NCBI GenBank assembly: GCA_037127935.1
Contig: JBAXXM010000006.1
Location: forward strand, 86,579-150,578
Reading direction: 5' to 3'
DNA length: 64,000 nt
Source of the DNA: Synechococcaceae cyanobacterium ELA739
Lineage (GTDB): Bacteria > Cyanobacteriota > Cyanobacteriia > PCC-6307 > Cyanobiaceae
Part shown: piece by piece, positions 1-11,932 of the stretch
Layout of the letters: every line of letters begins with the position of its first letter
Position numbering within the stretch: the first letter of the stretch is position 1
Notes under the pieces: generated by a model
What the model was told of the DNA's origin: nothing
Database searches by the model: none
What the model saw: the letters and a program-made list of their open reading frames with translations, nothing else
Translations under genes and position numbers: made by a program

Positions 1-2
1 TC

Positions 3-392
3 ATGGTGGTGGCTTTCGTGGGTTTCATGGGCGGCTGGAACGGCAGCGGCTCCCTGGCGCTGGCGTTGCTGGCCGGCTTGGTGGTGGTCTGGTTCACCTT
101 CCTGCCGTCGTTCGTGTTCATCCTGGCCGGGGCGCCGCTGGTGGAGGCCAGCCGCGAGGACCTGCGGCTCGGGCCGCCGCTGACGGCGATCACTGCCGCC
201 GTGGTGGGCGTGATCGCCAGCCTGGCGGTGCTGTTCGCCCGGCCGGCCCTGTTGCCCGGCGGCCGCCTCGATCCGGCGGCCCTGGTGATCCTGCTGGTCA
301 GCCTGCTGCTGTTGCTGCGCTGGCAGTGGGGGGTGATGCGCCTGATCGGCGCGGCGGCCCTGGTGGGGTTGGGGAAGGCGCTGGTGGGTTGA
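3..392 (+). CDS. chrA: Chromate efflux transporter, C-terminal part (5' end outside window)
   Basis: Hydrophobic ORF with CHR-family motifs FTFLPSF and LTAITAAVVGVIA. Confidence 0.8.
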   Translation: MVVAFVGFMGGWNGSGSLALALLAGLVVVWFTFLPSFVFILAGAPLVEASREDLRLGPPLTAITAAVVGVIASLAVLFARPALLPGGRLDPAALVILLVSLLLLLRWQWGVMRLIGAAALVGLGKALVG

Positions 393-515
393 TCGGGCGA
401 GGGTGGGGCTGCGAGGGCCGGGCCGCGAATGGATGGTGGAGCTGGCCAGCCCCAGCGCCCAAGGGCGCGACAGCGCAGGGGCCGCCGAACCGCACACCCC
501 AGGAGCATTCATGTC

Positions 516-570
516 CCAAGTATTCCGCGGATACGCGGTTTGCGCGTAATCTCCAAGTATTCGGAATGCG
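516..570 (+). promoter_or_regulatory. Candidate HipB operator region
   Basis: CCAAGTATTC at 516-525 and 553-562, each leading into an imperfect palindrome (GTATTCCGCGGATAC; GTATTCGGAATGC) just upstream of hipB. Confidence 0.4.
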
Positions 571-579
571 AGTGCCGCC

Positions 580-864
580 ATGGTCGCTGAGGGGATGGTT
601 GCCGGGAAGATGGTCTCCGAGGAGCAGGTCATCCATGCCCCCTCCCAGCTGGCCCAGCTGCTGGTGGGCCTCAGGCGCCAGCGGGGCCTCAGTCAGAAGT
701 TGCTGGCGCAGAAGGCCGGTGGCCTCAGCCAGGCGCGCCTTTCGGCCCTGGAGCTCAATCCAGGCCGCTTCACTCTGGAGCGGTTGCTGCTGATCCTGGC
801 CGCCCTCGATCTGGAGCTGGTGGTGCGATCGCGCCGAGGCGCCCCTGAATCGGCGGAGTGGTGA
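580..864 (+). CDS. hipB: HipB-like XRE-family HTH antitoxin
   Basis: 94 aa; LRRQRGLSQKLLAQKAGGLSQARLSALE HTH; stop overlaps hipA ATG (TGATG). Confidence 0.85.
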   Translation: MVAEGMVAGKMVSEEQVIHAPSQLAQLLVGLRRQRGLSQKLLAQKAGGLSQARLSALELNPGRFTLERLLLILAALDLELVVRSRRGAPESAEW

Positions 865-2207
865 TGGGCCGGCCCAGCCACAGGCGGCAGCTGGCCGTCT
901 GGATGAACGGTGAGCGGGTGGGTCACTGGAGCGTGCCGAGGCGGGGCCCGCAGGACTTCCGCTATGACCCCGCCTGGCTGGCGTCGCCCCAGTTCCGGCC
1001 CCTGTCGCTCTCGTTGCCGGTCGGCTTGGGCAATCCCGAACTGCGGGGAGAACAGGTGGAGCAGTGGTTCGCCAACCTGCTGCCCGATAACGACGCCATC
1101 CTGCGTCGCCTGCAGAGGGGCTTTGCCCTGCGGAGCACCAGCGCCTTTGATCTGCTGGAGGCAGTGGGTCGCGACTGCGCCGGCGCGGTGCAGCTGCTGC
1201 CCCCCGAGGAGGATCCCACTGGGCTCGATCGCATTGAGGCGACCCCACTCTCGGAATCAGAGATCGGCCGTCTTCTGCAGGGGGTGGTGGCCGAACCGCT
1301 GCCGGGTGTCGCCGCCGCAGCCAACGGGGAACTGCGCCTCTCGATCGCCGGAGCCCAGGAAAAAACGGCCCTGCTCTGGCATCGGAACCAGTGGTGCCGG
1401 CCCCAGGGCAGCACCCCCACCACCCATCTGTTCAAGCTGCCGATGGGCCGGGTGGGCAGCGGCCAGATCGATTTCTCCAGCTCGGTGGAGAACGAATGGC
1501 TCTGCGGCCGGATCCTGGCGGCCTACGGCCTGCCGGTGGCGGCCAGCAGCCTGGGCTCGTTTGTGGATCAGCGCTGTCTGATCGTCGAGCGCTTCGATCG
1601 GCGGCTGCATCCGAGTGGCAGCCACTGGTTGCGGCTGCCGGTGGAGGACTGCTGCCAGGCCACCGGCACCCCGCCGGAGCGGAAATACGAAAACCAGGGT
1701 GGTCCTGGCATGGTGTCCATCGCCTCCCTGCTCGCCCAGTCCGCCCAGGCGGCCGACGATCTGCGCACCTTCTTCCGCGCCCAGGTGCTGTTCTGGATGC
1801 TGCGGGCGATCGACGGCCACGCCAAGAACTTCAGCTTCTTCCTGCTGCCGGGCGGCAGCTACCGGCTCACCCCGCACTACGACGTGTTGTCGGCCTGGCC
1901 AGTGATCGGCAAGGCAGCCGGCCAGTGGCCCGAGCAGGAGCTGCGGTTGGCGATGGCCTGGCATGGCAACAGGAGCCGCACCAGCAAGCCCCTGCAGGTG
2001 CAGCGCCGCCACCTGATCAGCACCGCCAACCGCATGGGCCTCGGCGCCGAGGCCGACATCCTGGTGTCAGATCTGGTGACCCGCACCTCTGGAGCGATCA
2101 CGGCAGTGCGAGCGCAACTTCCACCCGGATTCCCCGAACAGCTGGCTGCCACGATTCTCGGCGGGCTGCAATCCTCCGCCGATCAGCTACAGCGGCATGC
2201 CAGCTGA
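864..2207 (+). CDS. hipA: HipA-family Ser/Thr kinase toxin
   Basis: N-terminal coupling domain; motifs SIAGAQEK, THLFK, VERFDR, DGHAKNFS, LTPHYDV. Confidence 0.95.
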   Translation: MGRPSHRRQLAVWMNGERVGHWSVPRRGPQDFRYDPAWLASPQFRPLSLSLPVGLGNPELRGEQVEQWFANLLPDNDAILRRLQRGFALRSTSAFDLLEAVGRDCAGAVQLLPPEEDPTGLDRIEATPLSESEIGRLLQGVVAEPLPGVAAAANGELRLSIAGAQEKTALLWHRNQWCRPQGSTPTTHLFKLPMGRVGSGQIDFSSSVENEWLCGRILAAYGLPVAASSLGSFVDQRCLIVERFDRRLHPSGSHWLRLPVEDCCQATGTPPERKYENQGGPGMVSIASLLAQSAQAADDLRTFFRAQVLFWMLRAIDGHAKNFSFFLLPGGSYRLTPHYDVLSAWPVIGKAAGQWPEQELRLAMAWHGNRSRTSKPLQVQRRHLISTANRMGLGAEADILVSDLVTRTSGAITAVRAQLPPGFPEQLAATILGGLQSSADQLQRHAS

Positions 2208-2340
2208 ATTGCGGTCTGCTCCCTGCAGGCTGTTCGCCGCTAGGGCCTGCCAGGTGGAGCACCTTGACCTGGAGGCCTCCCGGCTTGGGGTGACGCGCCA
2301 GTCAATCATCAGGGATTGGTCGGGTGTGGTTGGTGTGGAT

Positions 2341-2580
2341 TCTTCGTGGTGCGCGCCATGGCCGCTCCATCGGCTTCTGGCAGATGGCTTCCAGCAGAAC
2401 AGCACCTCTTGGGCAGCCAGCTGTTCCCAGTCATGAACGGCGTTCCGGCGATGGGTGTGGTCGGGGCAGGCCAATGCCAGCCAGACATGGAGATCCGGCA
2501 GGTCGGCTGTGGTGCTCCTGCGTCGAGCAGCTCAAACAGGGCGGCATTGCTGAGCTGGTGGTCCTCAATCGCCCATCTGT
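2341..2580 (-). pseudogene. Degraded VapBC (PIN toxin + antitoxin tail) remnant
   Basis: Minus strand reads ...QLSNAALFELLDA then STTADLPDLHVWLALACPDHTHRRNAVHDWEQLAAQEVLFC, resembling a PIN N-terminus (DxNVWLAL type); no start codon, homology breaks after VLFC. Confidence 0.5.
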
Positions 2581-2603
2581 CGCATGCAGGCGCCTGCCTG
2601 GTT

Positions 2604-3371
2604 TCAACGCACGAAATAGACCACTGCCACCACCAGCCCCACGCTCACCACCACGGCGCGTAAGGCCTCGGGATTGATGCGGCCGGCCAGCCGACCGCCG
2701 AGGGCGCCCCCGACCACGGCACCGCTGGCCATCACCAGCACCGCCGGCCAGGACAGCTGGCCGGACCCCAGAAACAGGGCGGCCGCCGCCAGGTTGGTGA
2801 CGAAGGCGATGGCCTGCTTGAGGCCATTCAGCCGGGTCAGGTCGTCCTCCAGGGTCATGGCCAGCACCGCCAGCACGATCACACTCAGGCCGGCGCCGAA
2901 ATAGCCGCCGTACACCGCCGCCGCCAACACCGGCAGGCTGGCCCAGCGCTCCGAAGGGCTGCCGCCATGGCGCCCGGAGCGCGCCACCACCCAGGCCCGC
3001 ACCCGCCCCTGGATCGCCAGCAGCAGCGAGCCGCTGAGGATCAGCCAGGGCACCAGCTGGTCAAACAGGCGGCTGCTGGTGTGGAGCAGCAGCAGGCCAC
3101 CCGCCAGGCCCCCCAGGGCGCTCACCGGCAGCAGTTGGCGCAGGCGCCGGCCCTGGCCGGCCAACTGGCGGCGCTGGGCCAGGGTGGCGCCCAGATAGCC
3201 GGGGAACAGGGCCACCGTGTTGGTCACATTGGCCAGCAGGGGTGGCAGACCCACGGCAGTGAGGGCCGGAAAGCTGATCAGGGAGCCGCCGCCCGCCAGG
3301 GCATTCACCAGCCCGGCGGCCACGCCGGCCAGGGTCAGAGCGAGCAGATTCAGTCCGGTCAGCGCGGTCAT
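2604..3371 (-). CDS. TauE/SafE-family permease
   Basis: [19 protein letters not shown] and YGGYFGAG motifs; multiple TM segments. Confidence 0.9.
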   Translation of the reverse strand: MTALTGLNLLALTLAGVAAGLVNALAGGGSLISFPALTAVGLPPLLANVTNTVALFPGYLGATLAQRRQLAGQGRRLRQLLPVSALGGLAGGLLLLHTSSRLFDQLVPWLILSGSLLLAIQGRVRAWVVARSGRHGGSPSERWASLPVLAAAVYGGYFGAGLSVIVLAVLAMTLEDDLTRLNGLKQAIAFVTNLAAAALFLGSGQLSWPAVLVMASGAVVGGALGGRLAGRINPEALRAVVVSVGLVVAVVYFVR

Positions 3372-3404
3372 CGCCTGGTCAGCGAAGGGCCTTGGTCCTG
3401 GGGT

Positions 3405-4904
3405 CTAAAACACCTCAAGGCTTGCCCCGTCAGCTAGCTCGCGGCGACGCGACAGGGATTCGGCGCAGCCTGCGGGGGTGGGAAACAACTTGCCGGGATT
3501 GGCGAGGCCCTGCGGATCAAATGCCTCGCGCACCAGGGTCATGGTGGCGAGATCGTCGGGGCTGTACATCCAGTCCATGTAGCAGCGCTTGTCGATGCCG
3601 ACGCCGTGTTCGCCGGTGATGCTGCCGCCCGCATCCAGGCACAGCCGCAGGATCGCGCCGCCCAAGGCCTCCACCCGCTCGTTCACCCCCGGCTCGCCGG
3701 CCCGGTAGAGGATCAGCGGGTGCAGGTTGCCGTCGCCGGCATGGAAGACATTGGCCACCGGCAGGCCATGGCTGGCGCTGAGCCGCTCGATCGCCGCCAG
3801 CACCTGCGGCAGGGCGCCCCTGGGCACCACCCCGTCTTGCAGGTAGTAGTTGGGGAAGCGGCGCCCCAAGGCCGAGATCGCCGACTTGCGCCCCTTCCAG
3901 AGCTGGGCCCGCTGGTCGGCATCGCGGGCTTCGCGGATCGTGCGGGCGCCGGCCTGGCGGCACAGCTGGGAGGCCAGGGCCACCGAGGCCGCCACCTCCT
4001 GCTCCTGGCCATCGAGCTCGATCAGCAGCACGGCCGCCGCATCGCTCGGGTACTCATTGGTGCCGAAGTAGGCGTTGAGCGCCTCGATGCAGAGGCGATC
4101 CATCATTTCCATGCCGGCTGGCAGTACCCCCGCCGCCGTCACGGCCGTGACCGCCTGCCCGGCGGCCTCCATCGAGGTGAAATCGGCCAGCAGCACTGCC
4201 ACGCTCTCCGGGTTGTGCAGCAGCCGCAGGGTCACGGCGGTGGTGATGCCCAGGGTGCCTTCGCTGCCGATGAACACGCCGCGCAGATCCAGGCCGGGCA
4301 TCTCGGCCAGATTCCCCCCCAGGGTCGTGATCTGGCCATCGGGCAGCACCACCTCCAGTCCCAGCACGTGGTTGCTGGTGACGCCGTATTTGAGGCAGTG
4401 CACGCCGCCGGAGTTTTCGGCCACATTGCCGCCGATGCTGCAGGCCACCTGGCTGGAGGGATCGGGGGCGTAATAGAAGCCCTGACCGCTCACGGCCCGG
4501 GTCACCCAGCTGTTGATCACCCCGGGCTGCACGGTGATGCGCCGGTTGGCCAGATCCACCTTCAGGATCGAGCGCATGCGGCTGGTGCCGATCACCAGGG
4601 CGGGGTTCTCGGCCATGGCGCCGCCGGAGAGGCCGGTGCCGCTGCCCCGGGCCACAAACGGAATGCCCTGGTCGTGGCAGAGACGCACCACGGCGGCCAC
4701 CTGCTCGGTGGTTTCCGGCAGCACCACCAGGGGCGGCTGATAGCGGTGCAGGGTCAGGCCGTCAGAGTCGTAGGTCAGCAGCTCCTGGCGGGCGCTGATC
4801 ACGGCCCGCTTGGGTAACACCCGGCGGCATTGCCTGGCCAGATGGTGCCAGTCGATCGTGAGACCCCCGGAAAGGGCTTCGGAAGCGGCCAGGCTGGAGG
4901 CCAT
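3405..4904 (-). CDS. glcD: Glycolate oxidase FAD-linked subunit
   Basis: [14 protein letters not shown] motif, [33 protein letters not shown]; start set at MASSLAAS (4904). Confidence 0.88.
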   Translation of the reverse strand: MASSLAASEALSGGLTIDWHHLARQCRRVLPKRAVISARQELLTYDSDGLTLHRYQPPLVVLPETTEQVAAVVRLCHDQGIPFVARGSGTGLSGGAMAENPALVIGTSRMRSILKVDLANRRITVQPGVINSWVTRAVSGQGFYYAPDPSSQVACSIGGNVAENSGGVHCLKYGVTSNHVLGLEVVLPDGQITTLGGNLAEMPGLDLRGVFIGSEGTLGITTAVTLRLLHNPESVAVLLADFTSMEAAGQAVTAVTAAGVLPAGMEMMDRLCIEALNAYFGTNEYPSDAAAVLLIELDGQEQEVAASVALASQLCRQAGARTIREARDADQRAQLWKGRKSAISALGRRFPNYYLQDGVVPRGALPQVLAAIERLSASHGLPVANVFHAGDGNLHPLILYRAGEPGVNERVEALGGAILRLCLDAGGSITGEHGVGIDKRCYMDWMYSPDDLATMTLVREAFDPQGLANPGKLFPTPAGCAESLSRRRELADGASLEVF

Positions 4905-5007
4905 CAACCCACGCCATTGCCACACGAACTTACAGAGCGAAAGCGGATCCGCCCGCTTCTGCGTCAGGATGGGCCACTGTTCAGTCCCTCCGTCCGCGGA
5001 TTCCGTC

Positions 5008-6332
<1,325 letters not shown>

Positions 6333-6333
<1 letters not shown>

Positions 6334-7586
6334 TGGCCCCTCGTCCCAGGCCCCAGGTTGGCGCTTCCCCCCGCCGGCTCCGCACGGGCCGCGCCAGGTG
6401 GATGGCGGTGGGCCTGGGGGTGCTGGGCTCCGCCTGGGGGCTGGCCGGCTGCGGCAGTCCCGACCTGGCCCAGCAGCCGGTCAACCTCAGCCAGGGGGTG
6501 CCCCTGGGGGCGGTGCTGGCCCTCAGCGGCAACGCCAGTGCCTACGGCCAGGACCAGAACACGGGGCTGACCCTGGCCCTGGCGGAGTTCAACGGCAAGG
6601 GGGGCATCAACGGCAAGCCCCTGAACCTCAAGATTGAGGACAGCGGCAGCGATGAACCCGGCGCCAATGCCGCCTTCACCCTGCAGATCAACCGGGGGGT
6701 GATCGCCCTGATCGGCCCCACCCTGTCCCAGCAGGCCTTCTCCGCCGACCCGATCGCCCAGCGCCACGGCGTGCCGGTGGTGGCCCCCTCCAACACCGCC
6801 ACCGGCATCCCGGAGATCGGCCACTTCATCAGCCGCGTCTCCGCCCAGAGCTCGGTGATCGCGCCGCTCTCGATCGCTAAAGCACTGCAGCTCCATCCCC
6901 AGATCCGACGGGCGGCCGTCTTCTACGCCCAGGACGACGCCTACAGCACCGCCGAGACGACGATCTTCCAGAAGGCCCTGACGGCCAAGGGGCTCAAGCC
7001 GGTCACGGTGCAGCGCACCCAGCTCAACGACCAGGACTTCCAGAGCCAGATCAGTGCCGCCCTGCAGCAGAAGCCCGATCTGGTGGTGCTCTCCCTGCAG
7101 GCCGTCGATGGCGGCAACATGATTCGCCAGCTGCGGGAACTGGGCTACAAGGGCGCGATCGTGGTGGGCAATGGCATGAACACGCCCAACATCTATCCGA
7201 TCTGTCAGAAGTACTGCGACGGCATCCTGATCGCCCAGGCCTACAGCCCCGAACTCCAGTCCCCGGCCAATGCCGCCTTCCTGCGTCGCTTCAAGGCCAG
7301 CCAGGGCGGCGCCATTCCGCCCCAGCTCACGGCCCAGGCCTGGACGGCCCTGCAGGTGGTGGCCGAAGCCCTGCAACGGCTGGATCGCCGCCAGCCCCTG
7401 AAGGGCACCATCCTCGCCGAGGCCCGCCAGGCGTTGATGGCTGAAATCCTCTCCGGCACCTATCAGACGCCCCTGGGCACGATTCGCTTCACCCCCAGCG
7501 GTGAGGTGATCCAGAAGGACTTCTTCGTCGCCCAGGTGCGCATGAACGCCGATGGCAAGAGCGGTCGTTTTGCCCTGCTCCCCTGA
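6333..7586 (+). CDS. Branched-chain/neutral amino acid ABC transporter substrate-binding lipoprotein
   Basis: LAGC lipobox; LivK-type periplasmic fold motifs; heads a livHMGF-type operon. Confidence 0.9.
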
Positions 7587-7745
7587 CGGCATGGCCCCGG
7601 ACCGTGGGCATCGCCGGCCATGGCATGCGGGCCTCGCCAGGCCAGGCCCAGCTGGGCCCTCCGCGACCTGCCCTGCGCTGGCGAGGGCCAGGCCGTTCGC
7701 CGGAACCTTGGCCAAAGCCACGGCAACGATCCCAGGGAGTCGGCG

Positions 7746-8675
7746 ATGGATCTGATTCAGCTGCTGCTCAATGGCCTGTCGCTGGGGGCGGTCTATGCCC
7801 TGTTCGCGCTGGGCTACACCCTGGTGTTCTCGGTGCTGGGGGTGATCAACTTCGCCCACGGGGCCGTCTTCACCCTCGGGGCCTACTTCACCTATCTGCT
7901 GATCGGCGGCCAGGTCGGCGCCAATGGTCTGCTGGCCGGGTTGCAGCTGCCCGTGGCCCTGCCCTTCGCCCTGGCCCTGCCCCTGGCCGGCCTGGCCTCG
8001 GCGCTGGTGGCCCTGCTGATTGAGCGGGTGGCCTTTCGCCCCCTGCGCCAGCGCGGTGCCGATTCCCTGCTGGCCCTGATCTCCAGCCTGGGGGCCGGCG
8101 TGATCCTGGTCAATCTGATCCAGCTGCTGATGGGGGCCGAAAGCTATGCGATCCCTACCAACACCCTGCATTTCCTGCCGGCTGCGCTGAACATCGCCGG
8201 GGCCCGGGTGCGCACCGTGCAGGTGCTGCTGCTGGCGATCGCTACCGTGTTGCTGGTGCTGCTGAGTGTCTGGCTGGAGGGCAGCCGTAGCGGCAAGGCC
8301 CTGCAGGCCGTCTCCGAGGATCCGGTCACCGCCCAGCTGCTCGGCATCGACAGCGACGGCATGATCCGCCTGGCCTTCGGCATCAGCGGCTTCCTGGCCG
8401 GTGTCTCCGGCGGCCTGGTGGGCCTGAGCGTCAGCATCGCCGGGCCTTACTTCGGCATCAGCTACGGCCTCAAGGCCCTGGGGGTGCTGGTGCTCGGCGG
8501 GCTCGGCAGTGTGCCCGGCGCCATGCTCGGCGGCCTGATCATCGGCCTGGCCGAGGCATTCGTTCCGGCGGAATGGTCCGGCTGGAAGGACGCCGTGGCC
8601 TACGGCTTCCTGTCCCTGATCCTGCTGCTGCGGCCCCAGGGCCTGCTGGGACGCCCCCTGGGCACGAAGGTCTGA
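7746..8675 (+). CDS. livH: Branched-chain amino acid ABC permease
   Basis: QLLLNGLSLGAVYALFALGYTLVFSVLGVINFAHG. Confidence 0.92.
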   Translation: MDLIQLLLNGLSLGAVYALFALGYTLVFSVLGVINFAHGAVFTLGAYFTYLLIGGQVGANGLLAGLQLPVALPFALALPLAGLASALVALLIERVAFRPLRQRGADSLLALISSLGAGVILVNLIQLLMGAESYAIPTNTLHFLPAALNIAGARVRTVQVLLLAIATVLLVLLSVWLEGSRSGKALQAVSEDPVTAQLLGIDSDGMIRLAFGISGFLAGVSGGLVGLSVSIAGPYFGISYGLKALGVLVLGGLGSVPGAMLGGLIIGLAEAFVPAEWSGWKDAVAYGFLSLILLLRPQGLLGRPLGTKV

Positions 8676-8678
8676 GCC

Positions 8679-9578
8679 ATGGCGATCGATGCGGGCCTGT
8701 TGGAACAGATGCTGATCGGCGCCCTGCTGGCCCTGTCGGTGTATCTGCCCCTGCGCTGCGGCCAGCTGTCCTTGGCCACCCCGGGCTTCTACGCCATCGG
8801 CGGCACCGTCGCAGCCCTGCTCTCCACCCGGGTGCCGGCTTTCGCCGGAACCGGTGCCACCTCGCCGTTGCCGGCCCTGCTGCTGGAAATGGGACTGGCC
8901 GCGCTGCTGGCCGGTCTGCTGGCCCAGGGGATCGGCGCGGTGGTCCTGCGGCTGCGGGGCATCTATCTGGCCATCGCCACCATTGCCCTGGTGGAGATCC
9001 TGCGGGTGTTCAACCTCAATCTCCCCTTCACCGGCGGTGCCCTCGGCATCTTCGGCATCCCCCAGCCCTTTGCGTCGGCCTCCGGTTACGACGGTTTCAC
9101 CCTGGTGCTGCTGGCCCTGGTCTGCTGGCTGTGCGAGCGGTTGGAGCAGCTGCGCCTGGGCCGGGCGATGGCGGCCATCCGCGACGACGAACTGGCCGCC
9201 GCCAGCGTCGGCATCGACACGGCCCAGGTCAAGTTGCGCGCCTTTGTGTTCAGTGCGGTGCTGGCCGGATTGACCGGCGCCCTGGCGGCCCATTTCCTCA
9301 ACTCCTGGAACGCCAAGCTGGGCAGCTTCGACGCCAGCATCACCACCCTGGCCTTCGTGGTCTTCGGCGGTTCGCGCACCTGGCTGGGCCCGGTGATCGG
9401 GGGCCTGGCGCTGACGGCCCTGCCGGAGCTGCTGCGACCGGTGGGCGATCTGCGCCTGATCGTCTTCGGCCTGGTGATCCTGCTGGGCCCGGTGCTGTTC
9501 CCCCAGGGCCTGATCACGCCGCAGCGGCTGCATTGGCTGGGGCAGCGGCTGGTCCGCGCCAGGGGAACGGGGCGATGA
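8679..9578 (+). CDS. livM: Branched-chain amino acid ABC permease
   Basis: GQLSLATPGFYAIG, LRLRGIYLAIAT, GRAMAAIRDDELAA. Confidence 0.92.
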   Translation: MAIDAGLLEQMLIGALLALSVYLPLRCGQLSLATPGFYAIGGTVAALLSTRVPAFAGTGATSPLPALLLEMGLAALLAGLLAQGIGAVVLRLRGIYLAIATIALVEILRVFNLNLPFTGGALGIFGIPQPFASASGYDGFTLVLLALVCWLCERLEQLRLGRAMAAIRDDELAAASVGIDTAQVKLRAFVFSAVLAGLTGALAAHFLNSWNAKLGSFDASITTLAFVVFGGSRTWLGPVIGGLALTALPELLRPVGDLRLIVFGLVILLGPVLFPQGLITPQRLHWLGQRLVRARGTGR

Positions 9579-10351
9579 GCGGCACGCCGGCGCTGCTGGA
9601 GGTGGAGGGGCTCAGCTGCCGCTTCGGCGGGCTGCTGGCCCTGAACAACGTCTCGCTGGCGGTGCGCCCGGGGGAGATCTTCGGCCTGATCGGCCCCAAC
9701 GGCGCCGGCAAGACGACCCTGTTCAATGCCATCTCCGCCCTGACACCGGCCAGTGCCGGCCGGGTGCTGTGGCACGGCCAGCCGATCCAGGCCTCCCGCC
9801 CTGACCAGCTCAGCCGCCTCGGCCTGGCCCGCACCTTCCAGAACCTGCGCCTGTTCGACAGCCTCTCGGTCCGCGACAACGTGCTGGTGGGCCTGCACCG
9901 CTGGGCCGCCAGTCCCCTGGTGGACGCCCTGCTGGGCAACCCCAGGGAACGGCAGCACCAGCGCCAGCTCCGCCAACGGGCCGTGGAACTGCTGGCCCTG
10001 GTCGGTCTGGCGGATGAAGCCGACCTGCCGGCGGCCGGTCTGCCCTACGGCGAGCGCCGCCGCCTGGAGCTGGCCCGCGCCCTGGCCACCGAGCCGCAGT
10101 TGCTGCTGTTGGATGAGCCCGCTGCCGGCATGAATCCGGCGGAGAAGAACGACCTCTGCGACCTGATCCGCACGATCCGGGCGCGCTTCGATCTGACCGT
10201 GATGATCATTGAGCACCACGTGCCGCTGATGATGCGCCTCTGCGATCGGCTGGCGGTGCTGAACTTCGGCGAACGCATCGCCCTGGGCACCCCCGAGATC
10301 GTGCGCCACGACCCCAGGGTGATCGAGGCCTATCTGGGGAGTTCGCGATGA
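9575..10351 (+). CDS. livG: Branched-chain amino acid ABC ATPase
   Basis: GPNGAGKT Walker A, RTFQN, LLLLDEPAAG; ATGA overlap with livM. Confidence 0.93.
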   Translation: MSGTPALLEVEGLSCRFGGLLALNNVSLAVRPGEIFGLIGPNGAGKTTLFNAISALTPASAGRVLWHGQPIQASRPDQLSRLGLARTFQNLRLFDSLSVRDNVLVGLHRWAASPLVDALLGNPRERQHQRQLRQRAVELLALVGLADEADLPAAGLPYGERRRLELARALATEPQLLLLDEPAAGMNPAEKNDLCDLIRTIRARFDLTVMIIEHHVPLMMRLCDRLAVLNFGERIALGTPEIVRHDPRVIEAYLGSSR

Positions 10352-11103
10352 CGGCCGCCCACGCCCTCGCCGCCGCGGATGGGCCGCTGCTGGAGCTGCG
10401 CCGGGTCACGGTGCGCTACGGCGCGATCACGGCGCTGCGGGGCGTGGACCTGAGCCTGCGGCAGGGGGAACTGGTCACCCTGCTGGGGGCGAACGGTGCC
10501 GGCAAGAGCACCACCCTGCGGGCGATCTCCCGCCTGGTCAGCCCCAGTGCCGGCAGCATTCACTGGCGCGGCGCCGACCTGGCCGGCCTCAGGCCCGAGA
10601 CCACGGTGAAGCTCGGCATCGGCCACTGCCCGGAGGGGCGCCGGGTGCTGGCCCGCCAGAGCGTGGCCGCCAACCTGGAGCTGGGGGCCTGGCTGCGTCG
10701 GGACCGGGACGGCATCGCTGAGGATCTGGAGCGCTGCTACGGACTGTTTCCGCGGCTGGCGGAACGGCGCCTGCAGTTGGCCGGCAGCCTCTCGGGGGGA
10801 GAGCAGCAGATGCTGGCGATCGCCCGCTCGCTGATGGCCCGGCCGAGCCTGCTGCTGCTGGATGAACCCAGCCTGGGCCTGGCCCCGAAGCTGGTGGCGG
10901 AGGTGATGGGCACCCTGGCCGCGTTGCACGCCGACGGCCTGACCATGCTGCTGGTGGAGCAGAACGCCCATGCCGCCCTGGAGATCGCCGATCGGGGTCT
11001 GGTGCTTGAAGCCGGTGCGGTGCGTCTGGCCGGCACGGCCGGGGAGCTGCTGACCAACGCCGAACTGCGGGCGTCCTATCTGGGAGATGGCGACGGTTTC
11101 TGA
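10348..11103 (+). CDS. livF: Branched-chain amino acid ABC ATPase
   Basis: GANGAGKS, CPEGRR, LSGGEQQM, LLDEPSLGLAP. Confidence 0.93.
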   Translation: MTAAHALAAADGPLLELRRVTVRYGAITALRGVDLSLRQGELVTLLGANGAGKSTTLRAISRLVSPSAGSIHWRGADLAGLRPETTVKLGIGHCPEGRRVLARQSVAANLELGAWLRRDRDGIAEDLERCYGLFPRLAERRLQLAGSLSGGEQQMLAIARSLMARPSLLLLDEPSLGLAPKLVAEVMGTLAALHADGLTMLLVEQNAHAALEIADRGLVLEAGAVRLAGTAGELLTNAELRASYLGDGDGF

Positions 11104-11434
11104 TCGACGGCCAGCACGTCGAACCGGGAGCGGATGGCGGGGGCAGGCCAGCGCAACAAGTCGGGCCGTAGTGGCGCTGTGCAACGCCCTGACGCGGTGG
11201 GATCCGTCTGTTCCCTGGCGCCGGCTGGGCGAGAGGCAAATGGGATGGCCCGACCCAGGCAGTCACGCATCCGTGGTGGATCTTGAGGTGTGGTGCTGAG
11301 AATCAGCAGGTCCATCGCCGGACACCGGTCAGGACTACGCAGAACCGGCCACTAAGCTGGTTCCAGGCTCTGATGACAGGGCCAGCGTCAGCGCCCTGGC
11401 GACAGGTCCAGATAACGTCCTATCCACCGGTCCA

Positions 11435-11518
11435 AACCCAAAAGCCCCAACCCAAAAGCCCCATCCACAGGATCCAATCCAAAGACTTCAACCCAAAGAA
11501 CTCAATCCAAAAGACTCC
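11435..11518 (+). repeat. Degenerate ~14-nt tandem repeat, 6 units
   Basis: AACCCAAAAGCCCC x2, ATCCACAGGATCC, AATCCAAAGACTTC, AACCCAAAGAACTC, AATCCAAAAGACTCC. Confidence 0.7.
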
Positions 11519-11542
11519 ATTCTTCAGATAGCACGCCAGATC

Positions 11543-11932
11543 ATGGGACAGCATTCGAAGCTCTATGCCAAGGGTCTTGAGGAGATGAGGCGCCATCTCG
11601 GCCCCCAGGCCGATCAGCTGATCGGGCGAATTGAGGCGATCTCTGCGGAGTTCGCCAAGGTGAATGTGGAGTTTCCCTATGGTGAGCTCTACACCCGCCA
11701 GGTTCTCGATCCCAGGGTGCGCGAGCTCTGTACGGTGGCGGCACTGACGGTGCAGGGCTTCTCCAGTCCGCAGCTGAAACTTCACATCGCCGCCGCCCTC
11801 CATTGCGGTGCTTCAAAAGAGGAAGTCATCGAAATCATCACCCAGATGATTGCCTATGCCGGCTTCCCCGCCGCCACCAACGCCCTGCTCGCCGCCGGCG
11901 AGGTGTTCGATCAGCTCGAAGCTGCAGCCTGA
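11543..11932 (+). CDS. Carboxymuconolactone decarboxylase family protein
   Basis: LDPRVRELCTVAAL, LKLHIAAALHCGASKEEV, YAGFPAA. Confidence 0.9.
   Translation: MGQHSKLYAKGLEEMRRHLGPQADQLIGRIEAISAEFAKVNVEFPYGELYTRQVLDPRVRELCTVAALTVQGFSSPQLKLHIAAALHCGASKEEVIEIITQMIAYAGFPAATNALLAAGEVFDQLEAAA

Noticed and set aside
3405-4904. glcD without glcE/glcF; pstS without pstCAB
   Set aside because: Scattered glc genes and extra stand-alone pstS copies are normal in picocyanobacteria
11435-11518. CRISPR interpretation of the short tandem arrays (also 50968-51017)
   Set aside because: Units are 14-18 nt, contiguous, with no unique spacers and no cas genes
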